Part shown: positions 36,515 through 44,039 of the stretch, piece after piece | How the letters are laid out: the number at the start of each line of letters is the position of its first letter | Position numbering within the stretch: position 1 is the first letter of the stretch | DNA from: a virus | Virus record (IMG/VR): IMGVR_UViG_3300009124_000025 | Coordinates: 1-50,811 of that record | Strand: one strand, 5' to 3' | Length of the DNA stretch: 50,811 nt | Position numbers and translations under genes: made by a program | Notes under the pieces: model-generated | The model's input: only the letters and a program-made list of their open reading frames with translations | Database searches by the model: none | Told to the model about the DNA's origin: nothing

Positions 36515-38491
36515 ATGGAGAGAGAGCCGCAAGTCCCGATGACCCTGATGATGAACTTCAGCCGGTGGATCGTGGCCGACGAGATGGGCAAGCCGATCCC
36601 TGGAACAGCATCGGCAGACAGCACCCTGTGGATGAACTACGACAGCGCGTTCGCGCGGCTGGCGTCTGGCGAGGCCGCCGACATCGGCATCGCGTTCACC
36701 GGGCGAGCAGAGCGCGACGGCAAATACCTGCTCGCGGTCGACCTCGACAGCGCGCTGGACGATAGCGGCAACCTGCGGCCGTGGGCGGCAGAAGCCCTGG
36801 AACTGCTGCCGGTCAGCTACACCGAGCGCAGCCCGAGCGGGCGCGGCCTGCACGTGCTGCTGTGGTCGCGCAAGGGGCACTATGAGCACGGCAAGCGATA
36901 CATCGCGGACGCCAAACTGAGCACCGACAAGAAAGAGCCGCAGATGCAGGTCTTCGGCGGTATTGACGGGGCCAACTACATGCGGATCACGGGGGACGTA
37001 TGGGAACAGCGCTTCAACTTGGCCGAGGTCGACAACATCGACGCGTTCGTGTCCGCGTTCCCGACCAAGAAAGCCACGAAGATGGCGGAGGAGGTCAGCA
37101 CCCCGTGGACGAACACGACCATCGACAAGCCCGAGCTATCGAAGCGCGTCGACCAGCAGCTTGGCGAGCAGCATCGCATGGGGCTGGACTGCGGCGACTA
37201 CACGTCGCCGAGCGAAGCCTACTTCAAGCTGATGCTGGTCGCGCTGCGCGCCGCGGGCGGGGACGGCGAGCTTGTGCTCGACTGGCTGCTCGACCCGGAA
37301 CATACGGGTTGCTGGGCGTCCGGGTCAGTTGAGGGGTCTGCGGACCCAGGCAAGTATGCAAAGGCTGCCTGGGTAGAGAACCGAGTCCGCAAGGCTTCCG
37401 GCGTCACCAACGAGACGCGCCCGGAGTGGACCGCGGTTCAGCCCGCGGAGCAGGAGCAGGAAGACGTGCCGATGTTCATGCGGCCCCGGCAGTTCCGCCG
37501 AGTGTTCTCCGCGCCGGTCCCGTTCATGGTCGAGAACCTGATCCCGTCGCAGGGCGTCGTGCAGATCTACGGGCAGCCGGGACACGGCAAGAGTTGCTGG
37601 GCTCTCGGTCTGGCCTACGCGGTCGCGTCCGACGCGCAGTCGTTCTTCGGCTACGAGGTCCAGGTCCACGGGCCAGCCCTGGTCTTGGTCGGCGAAGACC
37701 CGCACGGGGTCGCGAACCGGACGCAGGCCCAAGAGGTTCTCTGCGAGATCGACGACGACCCGCAAGTCTACCTGAGTCGAGAGCCGATCCCGCTAACCGG
37801 GGACGTGCAGGAACTGGCGCGCGCGGTGTCGGAGATCCAACCCAAGCTGGTCGTGGTCGACACGCAGATCGCCAACGCAGGCGACGTGGACGAGAACGAC
37901 ACGACCCAGATGAAGCGGCTGATGGTCACGTGCGAGAGCCTAGCTCAGCACGCCAACTGCGTGGTCCTGCTGGTCCACCACATGGCGAAGAGGGGCGAAG
38001 GTGCGCGCGGGAGCAGCGTGCAGATGGGCGCCGTCGTGGCTGACTTCCGAGCCGTGCGCGACGGGTCAGGCGAGGGCGCGGTCTACCGGCTGGAGCCGGG
38101 CAAGGCGAAGAATTGGGCCGCGGAGCGACCGATCCGGACGCAGATCGTCGGCGTCGAGATCGGGGAACTCAGCAACGGCAACCCGCACACTGCGCCTGCT
38201 CTCGATTACCGGGCCGACCCGTGGTCCCCGCCCGAGGGTGAGGACGAGTCCGCGACCAACGTCGGGGACCTGTCGTCGGACCTCCAGATGATCACGGTCG
38301 AGAACGGCGCCCTGCCCCGTGCAAGGGTGGTCGAGTTGCTGGCCGAGGCCGGGTGGTCGATGACGGTGCGCCAGCTACGAAATCACGAGAACTCGTTGCA
38401 GGAGCAGGGCTTACGTATTGTGACCACGAGAGGGGCAAATGGAGGGACTCAGTATCTGCCCGCGGAAAGTGACTTGCCCGAGGGCAATTAA
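36515..38491 (+). CDS. Bifunctional primase-polymerase (prim-pol) fused to a RepA/DnaB-like AAA_25 helicase (658 aa)
   Basis: Prim-pol motifs LLAVDLDSALD and ERSPSGRGLHVLLW. Walker A YGQPGHGKSCWAL, Walker B KLVVVDTQ, then VVLLVHHMAK. AGGA lies 8 nt upstream of the ATG. Confidence 0.9.
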   Translation: MEREPQVPMTLMMNFSRWIVADEMGKPIPGTASADSTLWMNYDSAFARLASGEAADIGIAFTGRAERDGKYLLAVDLDSALDDSGNLRPWAAEALELLPVSYTERSPSGRGLHVLLWSRKGHYEHGKRYIADAKLSTDKKEPQMQVFGGIDGANYMRITGDVWEQRFNLAEVDNIDAFVSAFPTKKATKMAEEVSTPWTNTTIDKPELSKRVDQQLGEQHRMGLDCGDYTSPSEAYFKLMLVALRAAGGDGELVLDWLLDPEHTGCWASGSVEGSADPGKYAKAAWVENRVRKASGVTNETRPEWTAVQPAEQEQEDVPMFMRPRQFRRVFSAPVPFMVENLIPSQGVVQIYGQPGHGKSCWALGLAYAVASDAQSFFGYEVQVHGPALVLVGEDPHGVANRTQAQEVLCEIDDDPQVYLSREPIPLTGDVQELARAVSEIQPKLVVVDTQIANAGDVDENDTTQMKRLMVTCESLAQHANCVVLLVHHMAKRGEGARGSSVQMGAVVADFRAVRDGSGEGAVYRLEPGKAKNWAAERPIRTQIVGVEIGELSNGNPHTAPALDYRADPWSPPEGEDESATNVGDLSSDLQMITVENGALPRARVVELLAEAGWSMTVRQLRNHENSLQEQGLRIVTTRGANGGTQYLPAESDLPEGN

Positions 38492-38613
38492 TCGAGTCAC
38501 TTTTGCAACGGGTTGTGGGGCAACGGGTTAAATGTGCAGGCGGTTGTGACTTGCCCGTTGGCGAGCCTCTACCGAAGAAAGTGACTTGCCCCCCGGCCCC
38601 CCGTAGGGGGGCC
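38466..38613. repeat. Iteron-like repeat cluster: GTGACTTGCCC x3 direct, AAAGTGACT inverted copy, GCAACGGGTT x2, GC hairpin
   Basis: GTGACTTGCCC at 38469-79, 38546-56 and 38581-91. AGTCACTTT at 38495-503. GCAACGGGTT at 38505-14 and 38520-29. GGCCCCCC-gta-GGGGGGCC at 38595-613. Confidence 0.6.
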
Positions 38614-38642
38614 AGGGAGGGCACTTTCGAGGGCTGAACTGA

Positions 38643-38999
38643 ATGGTGAATAGCAGACAGAAGGGCGCACGAGGGGAGCGCGAGTTCGCATCGGTGCTTC
38701 GAGAGGAGGGTTGGCTTGGTGCGATGCGCGGCCAGCAGCGGTCCGGGTGCGAGCAGGCTGACGTGGTCGGTGGTCCCGCTGGTGTGCATTGGGAGGTGAA
38801 GCGCGTGGAGCGTCTCACGCTCGCCAGGGCGGTCGAACAGGCGAGGAGGGACGCCGGGCCGGGGGAGGTGCCGATCGTGGCTCACAGACGCTCTCAGGAG
38901 CCCTGGATGGCCACGCTGGACCTTCGGGTGCTGCTGAGGTTGCTTGCGTGGGCTGAAGCCGCCGGGGTAGGCTTTGGCCCCGGTGAAGCGCAGCCGTGA
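38643..38999 (+). CDS. PD-(D/E)XK nuclease, Holliday-junction-resolvase-like (118 aa)
   Basis: NSRQKGARGEREFASVLREEGW ... ADVVGG...VHWEVKR follows the G-x-x-x-E-R-E then D...E-x-K arrangement of Hjc/archaeal-type resolvases. Confidence 0.6.
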   Translation: MVNSRQKGARGEREFASVLREEGWLGAMRGQQRSGCEQADVVGGPAGVHWEVKRVERLTLARAVEQARRDAGPGEVPIVAHRRSQEPWMATLDLRVLLRLLAWAEAAGVGFGPGEAQP

Positions 39000-39210
39000 T
39001 AGCGGGCGGCCGATTGGCGACGACCATCATCGGACGAAGATCTCGGACCAAATCGTTCGGGAGATGCGAGACCGCTACGAGCGGGAGCGCTGGACCATGG
39101 AGCGCGTTCGGGTTGAGTTCAGCGTAGTGCTGGGCCGCGATTTGTCGTTTCACACGGTTCGAGCCATTCTGCGCTACACTCGGCGCAACGTGCAGCAGAG
39201 GTTTGAATGA
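38974..39210 (+). CDS. Small HTH DNA-binding protein upstream of TerS (78 aa; GTG at 38983 is an alternative start)
   Basis: HHRTKISDQIVREMRDRYERERWTMERVRVEFSVVLGRDLSFHTVRAILRYTRR resembles short phage HTH proteins that precede terminase genes. The start is uncertain (TTG). Confidence 0.5.
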   Translation: MAPVKRSRDSGRPIGDDHHRTKISDQIVREMRDRYERERWTMERVRVEFSVVLGRDLSFHTVRAILRYTRRNVQQRFE

Positions 39211-39626
39211 GATACAGCGACGACGAGAAGCGCGCGATGTTGGCCGAGCTTGTGGATTGGATCAGCGAAGGGCGCACATTGCGCGCATTCGCGCGGGATC
39301 GTGGTGTGAGCTACGGTGCGCTCTACAACTGGCTGAACGCTGATGATGAGATACGTGAACGCATCGCGCGCGCGCGCGAGGCTGGCTACGAGGTGCTCGC
39401 CGAGGAATGCCTCGGCATCGCGGACGAGACGCCCGCGGACAGCGACGAGGTGCAGCTATCGAAGCTGCGCATCTGGACGCGCACGCAACTGCTCGCGAAG
39501 TGGTCCCCGGTGCGCTACGGCGACAAGCAGCACGTGACGCACGCCAACGACAAAGACCAGCCGATCACGATCATCACGGGCGTGCCGCAGCCGAGCGACA
39601 ACGTGGACATCTCGGAGTTCGAGTGA
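39207..39626 (+). CDS. terS: Terminase small subunit (139 aa)
   Basis: ATGA overlap with the upstream gene. WISEGRTLRAFARDRGVSYGALYNWL (HTH) ... ECLGIADE ... SKLRIWTRTQLLAKWSPVRYGDK matches the TerS pattern I know from Proteobacteria phages. Confidence 0.75.
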   Translation: MRYSDDEKRAMLAELVDWISEGRTLRAFARDRGVSYGALYNWLNADDEIRERIARAREAGYEVLAEECLGIADETPADSDEVQLSKLRIWTRTQLLAKWSPVRYGDKQHVTHANDKDQPITIITGVPQPSDNVDISEFE

Positions 39627-40180
39627 TGGCTCGCCACACGCATTGGGCGGTCGCGGCTGGCGTGGCCGCGCTCACGCTGCCCGCGCTGCTGCTCGAAGCC
39701 CCGCCGCCGCCCAAGCCGCCGATTGCGCAGATCAGGCTGCGGTGGCCGACCAGCTTCGCAGACGTCGATGGCGGGCTCCCCGGCGTGTATGATTGGCAGC
39801 ATCGCCCCGTGGTTGGCACGCGCACCGGCATCAAGTGGACGACCAATTGGGCGCCGCCGCGGCCGAACGTGAACACGGCGCTACTGGTCACGCTGCGCGA
39901 GCCGCCACAAGCGCAGCCGATCCCGGGCGGCCGCGGCGGCATGCTGCAAGTCCCGCCCGACATCGTGCTCACGCCGCGCAGGCCGCGCGAGGTCGAGAAC
40001 GACGGCACGCTTGCGGTGCAGTTCGACCAAGACGAGGACGGCGTGATCGCGTTGTGGGTCAACTGGCCGCGCGCGTGGCTCGGTCTGCGCGTGTGGTGCC
40101 AACTGCTCGTCGAGGACGCACGCGTGCCCGCAGGCTGCGTCCCGACGCCCATGGTCGAGATGGTGATCGGCACGCCCTGA
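39626..40180 (+). CDS. Signal-peptide (secreted/periplasmic) protein inserted between TerS and TerL (184 aa)
   Basis: TGATG overlaps at both ends. N-terminus MARHTHWAVAAGVAALTLPALLLEAPPPP. Strong G/C third-codon bias in this frame. No family recognised. Confidence 0.55.
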   Translation: MARHTHWAVAAGVAALTLPALLLEAPPPPKPPIAQIRLRWPTSFADVDGGLPGVYDWQHRPVVGTRTGIKWTTNWAPPRPNVNTALLVTLREPPQAQPIPGGRGGMLQVPPDIVLTPRRPREVENDGTLAVQFDQDEDGVIALWVNWPRAWLGLRVWCQLLVEDARVPAGCVPTPMVEMVIGTP

Positions 40181-41511
40181 TGCGCATCGACTTCCGCTAC
40201 ACGCCGCGCAACTGGCAGCGCGACTTCCACGTCAACCGCACGCACAACACCGTGCTGGCCGTGCACCGCCGAGCGGGCAAGACGAAGGCCGCGGTGTGCG
40301 ACTTGCTCGACGCAGCCGTGCGCTTCGACCTCGACCGAGGCATGTTCGGCTACGTCGCGCCGCTGCGCACGCAGGCCAAGGCGATCGCATGGGCTGAACT
40401 CAAGGCGACGTGCGCGGACCTGATCATCGCAGGCAAGGCCGTGGTGCAGGAGAGTGAGCTAGCCGTGCGCTTGTGGAACGACGCGACAATCCGGCTGTTC
40501 GGCGCAGATGACCCGGACAGCTTGCGCGGCTACCGATGGGATCGCGTGGTGCTCGACGAGGTCGCGCAGATGAAGCCGGACGTATGGCCCGAGGTCATCA
40601 TGCCTGCGTGCCAGGACCGCAACGCGCCTGCCCTGTTCATCGGCACGCCCAAGGGCGTGGACGCGTTCAGCGAGTTGTTCTACTCGGGCATGAACGACAC
40701 GACCGGCAAGTGGTCGGCGCGCAAGTGGACGGTGCACGACACGGGCGTGTTCGAGCCGAGCCACATCGAGGAGATCAAGTCCTCGATGAGCGAGAAGGCG
40801 TTCGCGCGTGAGTTCCTGTGCGACTTCGACGCAGGAGCCGAAGACCAACTGATCACGCAGACCGACGTGCAGCAGGCTGCGCTGCGCCCGGCTACTGCAC
40901 GTGATGCTGTCGGCGCCCCGGTCGTGCTCGGCGTCGACCCGGCTCGGTTCGGCGACGACCGCACGGTGATCATGCGCAGGCAGGGCGCGGTCGCGTTTCC
41001 GCCGATCGTCATGCGCGACGCAGACAACATGCGCGTGGCCGACGTCGTGGTGCAACAGAAGGAGCTACACGGGGCCGACGCCATCTTCGTCGACATCGGG
41101 CAAGGCGCGGGCGTGGTCGACCGCCTGCGTCAGCTACGGCACACGGTGATCGAGGTCCCGTTCGGCGGCAACGCCAACGACCCCGTGCTCTATCTTAACC
41201 GACGCGCCGAGATGTGGGCGCTTATGCGCGACTGGCTGCGCTCAGGCGGCGCGATCCCGGACGACCTCGGGCTCAAGCAGGAGCTATGCGCCCCGACCTA
41301 CTCGTTCGACAACAAAGGCCGGATCAAGCTGGAGTCGAAGGACGACATCCGCAAACGGCTGCCCGAGATGAGCCCGGACAAGGCAGACGCGCTAGCTCTG
41401 ACGTTTGCAGCCCCGGTGGCGGCCCCGACGCACCTGAGTGAATTGCAGAAGCGATACCCGCACGTGCCGCAGCCCGACGCAGGGGAGCCCGAGCGCTGGT
41501 CCCCCTGGTAG
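40180..41511 (+). CDS. terL: Terminase large subunit (443 aa)
   Basis: Walker A HRRAGKTKA, Walker B VVLDEVAQM, coupling motif FIGTPKG, nuclease-domain start VVLGVDPARFGDDRTV. The track ORF 39793..41511 has a shadow N-terminus. Confidence 0.9.
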   Translation: MRIDFRYTPRNWQRDFHVNRTHNTVLAVHRRAGKTKAAVCDLLDAAVRFDLDRGMFGYVAPLRTQAKAIAWAELKATCADLIIAGKAVVQESELAVRLWNDATIRLFGADDPDSLRGYRWDRVVLDEVAQMKPDVWPEVIMPACQDRNAPALFIGTPKGVDAFSELFYSGMNDTTGKWSARKWTVHDTGVFEPSHIEEIKSSMSEKAFAREFLCDFDAGAEDQLITQTDVQQAALRPATARDAVGAPVVLGVDPARFGDDRTVIMRRQGAVAFPPIVMRDADNMRVADVVVQQKELHGADAIFVDIGQGAGVVDRLRQLRHTVIEVPFGGNANDPVLYLNRRAEMWALMRDWLRSGGAIPDDLGLKQELCAPTYSFDNKGRIKLESKDDIRKRLPEMSPDKADALALTFAAPVAAPTHLSELQKRYPHVPQPDAGEPERWSPW

Positions 41512-41521
41512 GGGCACATAA
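41509..41521 (+). promoter_or_regulatory. Conserved 13-mer TAGGGGCACATAA overlapping the TerL stop codon (copy 2)
   Basis: Identical to 1927..1939. The next start (GTG 41552) lies 30 nt downstream. Confidence 0.4.
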
Positions 41522-41551
41522 CTTGACCGGCGTTGTCGATCATGCGCCGCT

Positions 41552-42019
41552 GTGTCGACACCCACAATCACGATCAGCGACATCACGTTGGAGCAATTGC
41601 AGGCGCACGCCGGTGCGTTGCTTCAACAGCACTATGAGGAGCTATCGGTTGACACCGATGCTTGGGCGCTAGATCCGGATTGGGACAACCTCAAGAAGCT
41701 GGAGTCGAGCGGACTGACGCACACGGTCGGCGCGTTCGTTGACGACGAGATGGTGGGCTACGTCGGCAGCCTGTTCGTCCCGCGCCACTTGCACTACCCG
41801 TTCAGCTACGTGCAGAACGACGTGTTGTTCGTGACCAAGGAGCACAGGTCGACCAGCATCGGTGGCCGGTTGATGCACACGGTGCGTCAGTGGGCTCGCG
41901 AGAACGGCGCGGCCCAGATCTTCTGGCACGCGAAGGAGGGCACGCAGTTGCACCGGCAACTTGACCGCGTCGGCAGCCGCTACAAGCTGCGCGACATCAT
42001 CTACTCGGAGAACATCTGA
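41552..42019 (+). CDS. GNAT-family N-acetyltransferase (155 aa)
   Basis: VLFVTKEHRSTSIGGRLMHTVRQWARENGA has the acetyl-CoA-binding R/Q-x-x-G-x-G/A-type motif in a beta-strand/helix context. GTG start. Confidence 0.7.
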   Translation: MSTPTITISDITLEQLQAHAGALLQQHYEELSVDTDAWALDPDWDNLKKLESSGLTHTVGAFVDDEMVGYVGSLFVPRHLHYPFSYVQNDVLFVTKEHRSTSIGGRLMHTVRQWARENGAAQIFWHAKEGTQLHRQLDRVGSRYKLRDIIYSENI

Positions 42020-42324
42020 TGGCTATTACAGGAGCGGTCGCCGCAGTGATCGGCGGGGCCTACGGGATCTACGCGGGCGAGCGCGGGGCTGAAGAGGGGC
42101 GCAAAGGTAGAAGACGCCAAGCGCAAGCCCAGCGGCAAGCCATGGGCCAGAAAACGGCGACGGCGGCTCGATCTCGTGGTCGAGAAGCGCAATCCCGTAT
42201 CGGCAAGCAGTTGGCCATCGCGAACCAAGCTCGCGTAGGCCGGAGGCCCGGATCTATGCCGAGCCCTGGGTCGGCTAACAACCCTGGTGCTAACACGGCT
42301 CCCGGCATGGACACGTTCGGGTAA
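42019..42324 (+). CDS. Small Gly-zipper/basic protein (101 aa)
   Basis: TGATG overlap with the upstream gene. Starts MAITGAVAAVIGGAYGIYAG, then an Arg/Gln-rich tail. Real coding status is moderately uncertain. Confidence 0.45.
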   Translation: MAITGAVAAVIGGAYGIYAGERGAEEGRKGRRRQAQAQRQAMGQKTATAARSRGREAQSRIGKQLAIANQARVGRRPGSMPSPGSANNPGANTAPGMDTFG

Positions 42325-42329
42325 TCGCC

Positions 42330-44039
42330 ATGCAAATGGAAAAGCGACCAAGCGGCGACACGGTCAACAAGACGCACGAATGGATGCTTCAGCGTCTGCA
42401 CGAGCGGCATGAGCGGCTCAAGGCCGCCTACACCGACCACCGCCAAGCCCACCAGGAGATCGTCAAGCAGTTCTGCCCGTGGCGTGGCCGCTTCTTCCGG
42501 AAAACGCGCATCAACAAGCCGGTCACGGAGTCGAACGAGATCTACGACTCGACGGGCTTCCGCGCTCTGCGCGGGATGGGCGCGTTCCTCATGGGCGGTG
42601 GCAGCAGCCCTGCGCGCAACTGGTTCAGGCTGACGTGCCCCGACCCGAACCTCGCCGAGTTGCACTCGGTGCGCGAGTTCTACTCGGAGAGCGCACGCCG
42701 CATGCGGTTCGTGCTGTCTCGCAGCAACGCCTACCAAGCCCTGCACAACATCTACGAGGAGATCTGCGCGTTCGGGACCGCGTGCGCGCTGATCGAGCGC
42801 GACTACAACGATGTTGTCCGCATTCACGTGCAGACGGCGGGTCAGTATTACCTCGCCACCGACCCGAACGGCGACGTGAACACCGTCTACCGCGAGTTCG
42901 AGATGAGCGTCGCGCAACTGATCGAGGAGTTCGGCATTGACCGCATGACTCCGGAGATCAAGACGCTGGCGCAGAACGGGCAGTTCGAAAAGCACTTCAC
43001 GGTGATCCACGCAGTCGAGCCGCGCAGCGATCGGCAACTCGACAAGCTCGACCAACTCAACATGCCGTTCCGCTCGGTCTACTTCTTTCGAGGTGAGCGG
43101 CGTGACGTGCAGACGCGGGGCATCCTGCGCGAAGGCGGTTACCGAACGTTCCCCTATTTCGTGCCGCGGTGGTCAGTAGCTGACCGCAACGCGTGGGGGT
43201 TCGGCCCGTGCCACGAAGCTCTGCCGCACGCGAAGAGGTTGCAGAACATGCAACTGTCGCTGTCGAGAGCAGCCGCGTTCATGGCGGAGCCCCCGATGCA
43301 GGGTCCGGCGTCGCTAAGCGGCAAAGAGGTCAAGCTGCGCCCGGGCGCCTACACGCCGGTCCCCGGTGCAGGCGCACAGAAGATCGAGCCGTTGTTCGAC
43401 CCAGGTCGAGCAGACATCAACGCGCTGGCTGCTCTGTCGCAGGACACGCAGGCTCAAGTCCAGCGTGCGCTATACAACGACCTCTTCCTGCTCATCATGA
43501 ACTCGCGCCGAGCCAAGACGGCGACCGAGGTCGACGAGATGCACGAGGAGAAGATGCTGATGCTCGGCCCTGCGCTTGAGCGTCTGCACAACGAACTGCT
43601 GCGCCCGTTCATCGAGAAGCTGTTCGGGTTCATGGACGAAGCCAACCTGTTGCCGCCGATCCCGAGCGAACTGCAACAGACCCCGTTGCAGGTCGAGTTC
43701 GTGTCCATGCTTCAGCAGCTTCAGCAAGCCAGCGGCGTGGTGACGATGGAGCGCTTCCTGACGATGATTGGGTCCGGGGCTCAGATCTTCCCCGACATGC
43801 TCGACGTCGTCGATCCGGACACCGTCGCTCGCGATTACGCCGAGATGCTGGCCATCGAGCCTGACAACCTGCGAGATCCGGATGAAGTCGCTCAGTTGCG
43901 CCAAGCTCGCAACGAGTTGAACGCAGCGATCCAGCAGGCTGAGGCGCAAGCTGTCGAGGCCAAGACGGCGCGCGACTTGGCCGCCGCCAACAAGGACTCG
44001 CCGCAGTTATCGCAGCAGTTCATGGGCTATGGTCTCTAG
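42330..44039 (+). CDS. Portal protein (head-to-tail connector, T7 gp8/PF12236-like), 569 aa
   Basis: IYDSTGFRALRGMGAFLMGGGSSPARNWFRL ... SNAYQALHNIYEEICAFGTA ... fits the podovirus connector family pattern. Size and position after TerL agree. Confidence 0.85.
   Translation: MQMEKRPSGDTVNKTHEWMLQRLHERHERLKAAYTDHRQAHQEIVKQFCPWRGRFFRKTRINKPVTESNEIYDSTGFRALRGMGAFLMGGGSSPARNWFRLTCPDPNLAELHSVREFYSESARRMRFVLSRSNAYQALHNIYEEICAFGTACALIERDYNDVVRIHVQTAGQYYLATDPNGDVNTVYREFEMSVAQLIEEFGIDRMTPEIKTLAQNGQFEKHFTVIHAVEPRSDRQLDKLDQLNMPFRSVYFFRGERRDVQTRGILREGGYRTFPYFVPRWSVADRNAWGFGPCHEALPHAKRLQNMQLSLSRAAAFMAEPPMQGPASLSGKEVKLRPGAYTPVPGAGAQKIEPLFDPGRADINALAALSQDTQAQVQRALYNDLFLLIMNSRRAKTATEVDEMHEEKMLMLGPALERLHNELLRPFIEKLFGFMDEANLLPPIPSELQQTPLQVEFVSMLQQLQQASGVVTMERFLTMIGSGAQIFPDMLDVVDPDTVARDYAEMLAIEPDNLRDPDEVAQLRQARNELNAAIQQAEAQAVEAKTARDLAAANKDSPQLSQQFMGYGL

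Noticed and set aside
35143-36889. 430-aa plus-strand ORF (35143..36435) and 391-aa minus-strand ORF (35714..36889) overlapping the SNF2 gene and the divergent region
   Set aside because: The SNF2 frame carries all helicase motifs (GLGKT, DEAH, HRIGQ). The competitors are antisense or out-of-frame, Arg-rich and motif-less. The 391-aa ORF would also run through the divergent promoter region and into the primase gene.
38466-38613. CRISPR-like interpretation of the GTGACTTGCCC repeats
   Set aside because: The repeats are only 11-15 nt, there are three direct copies, and the spacings are irregular (66 and 24 nt between copies). One copy lies inside a CDS and no cas genes are present. This is more consistent with protein-binding iterons or operators.
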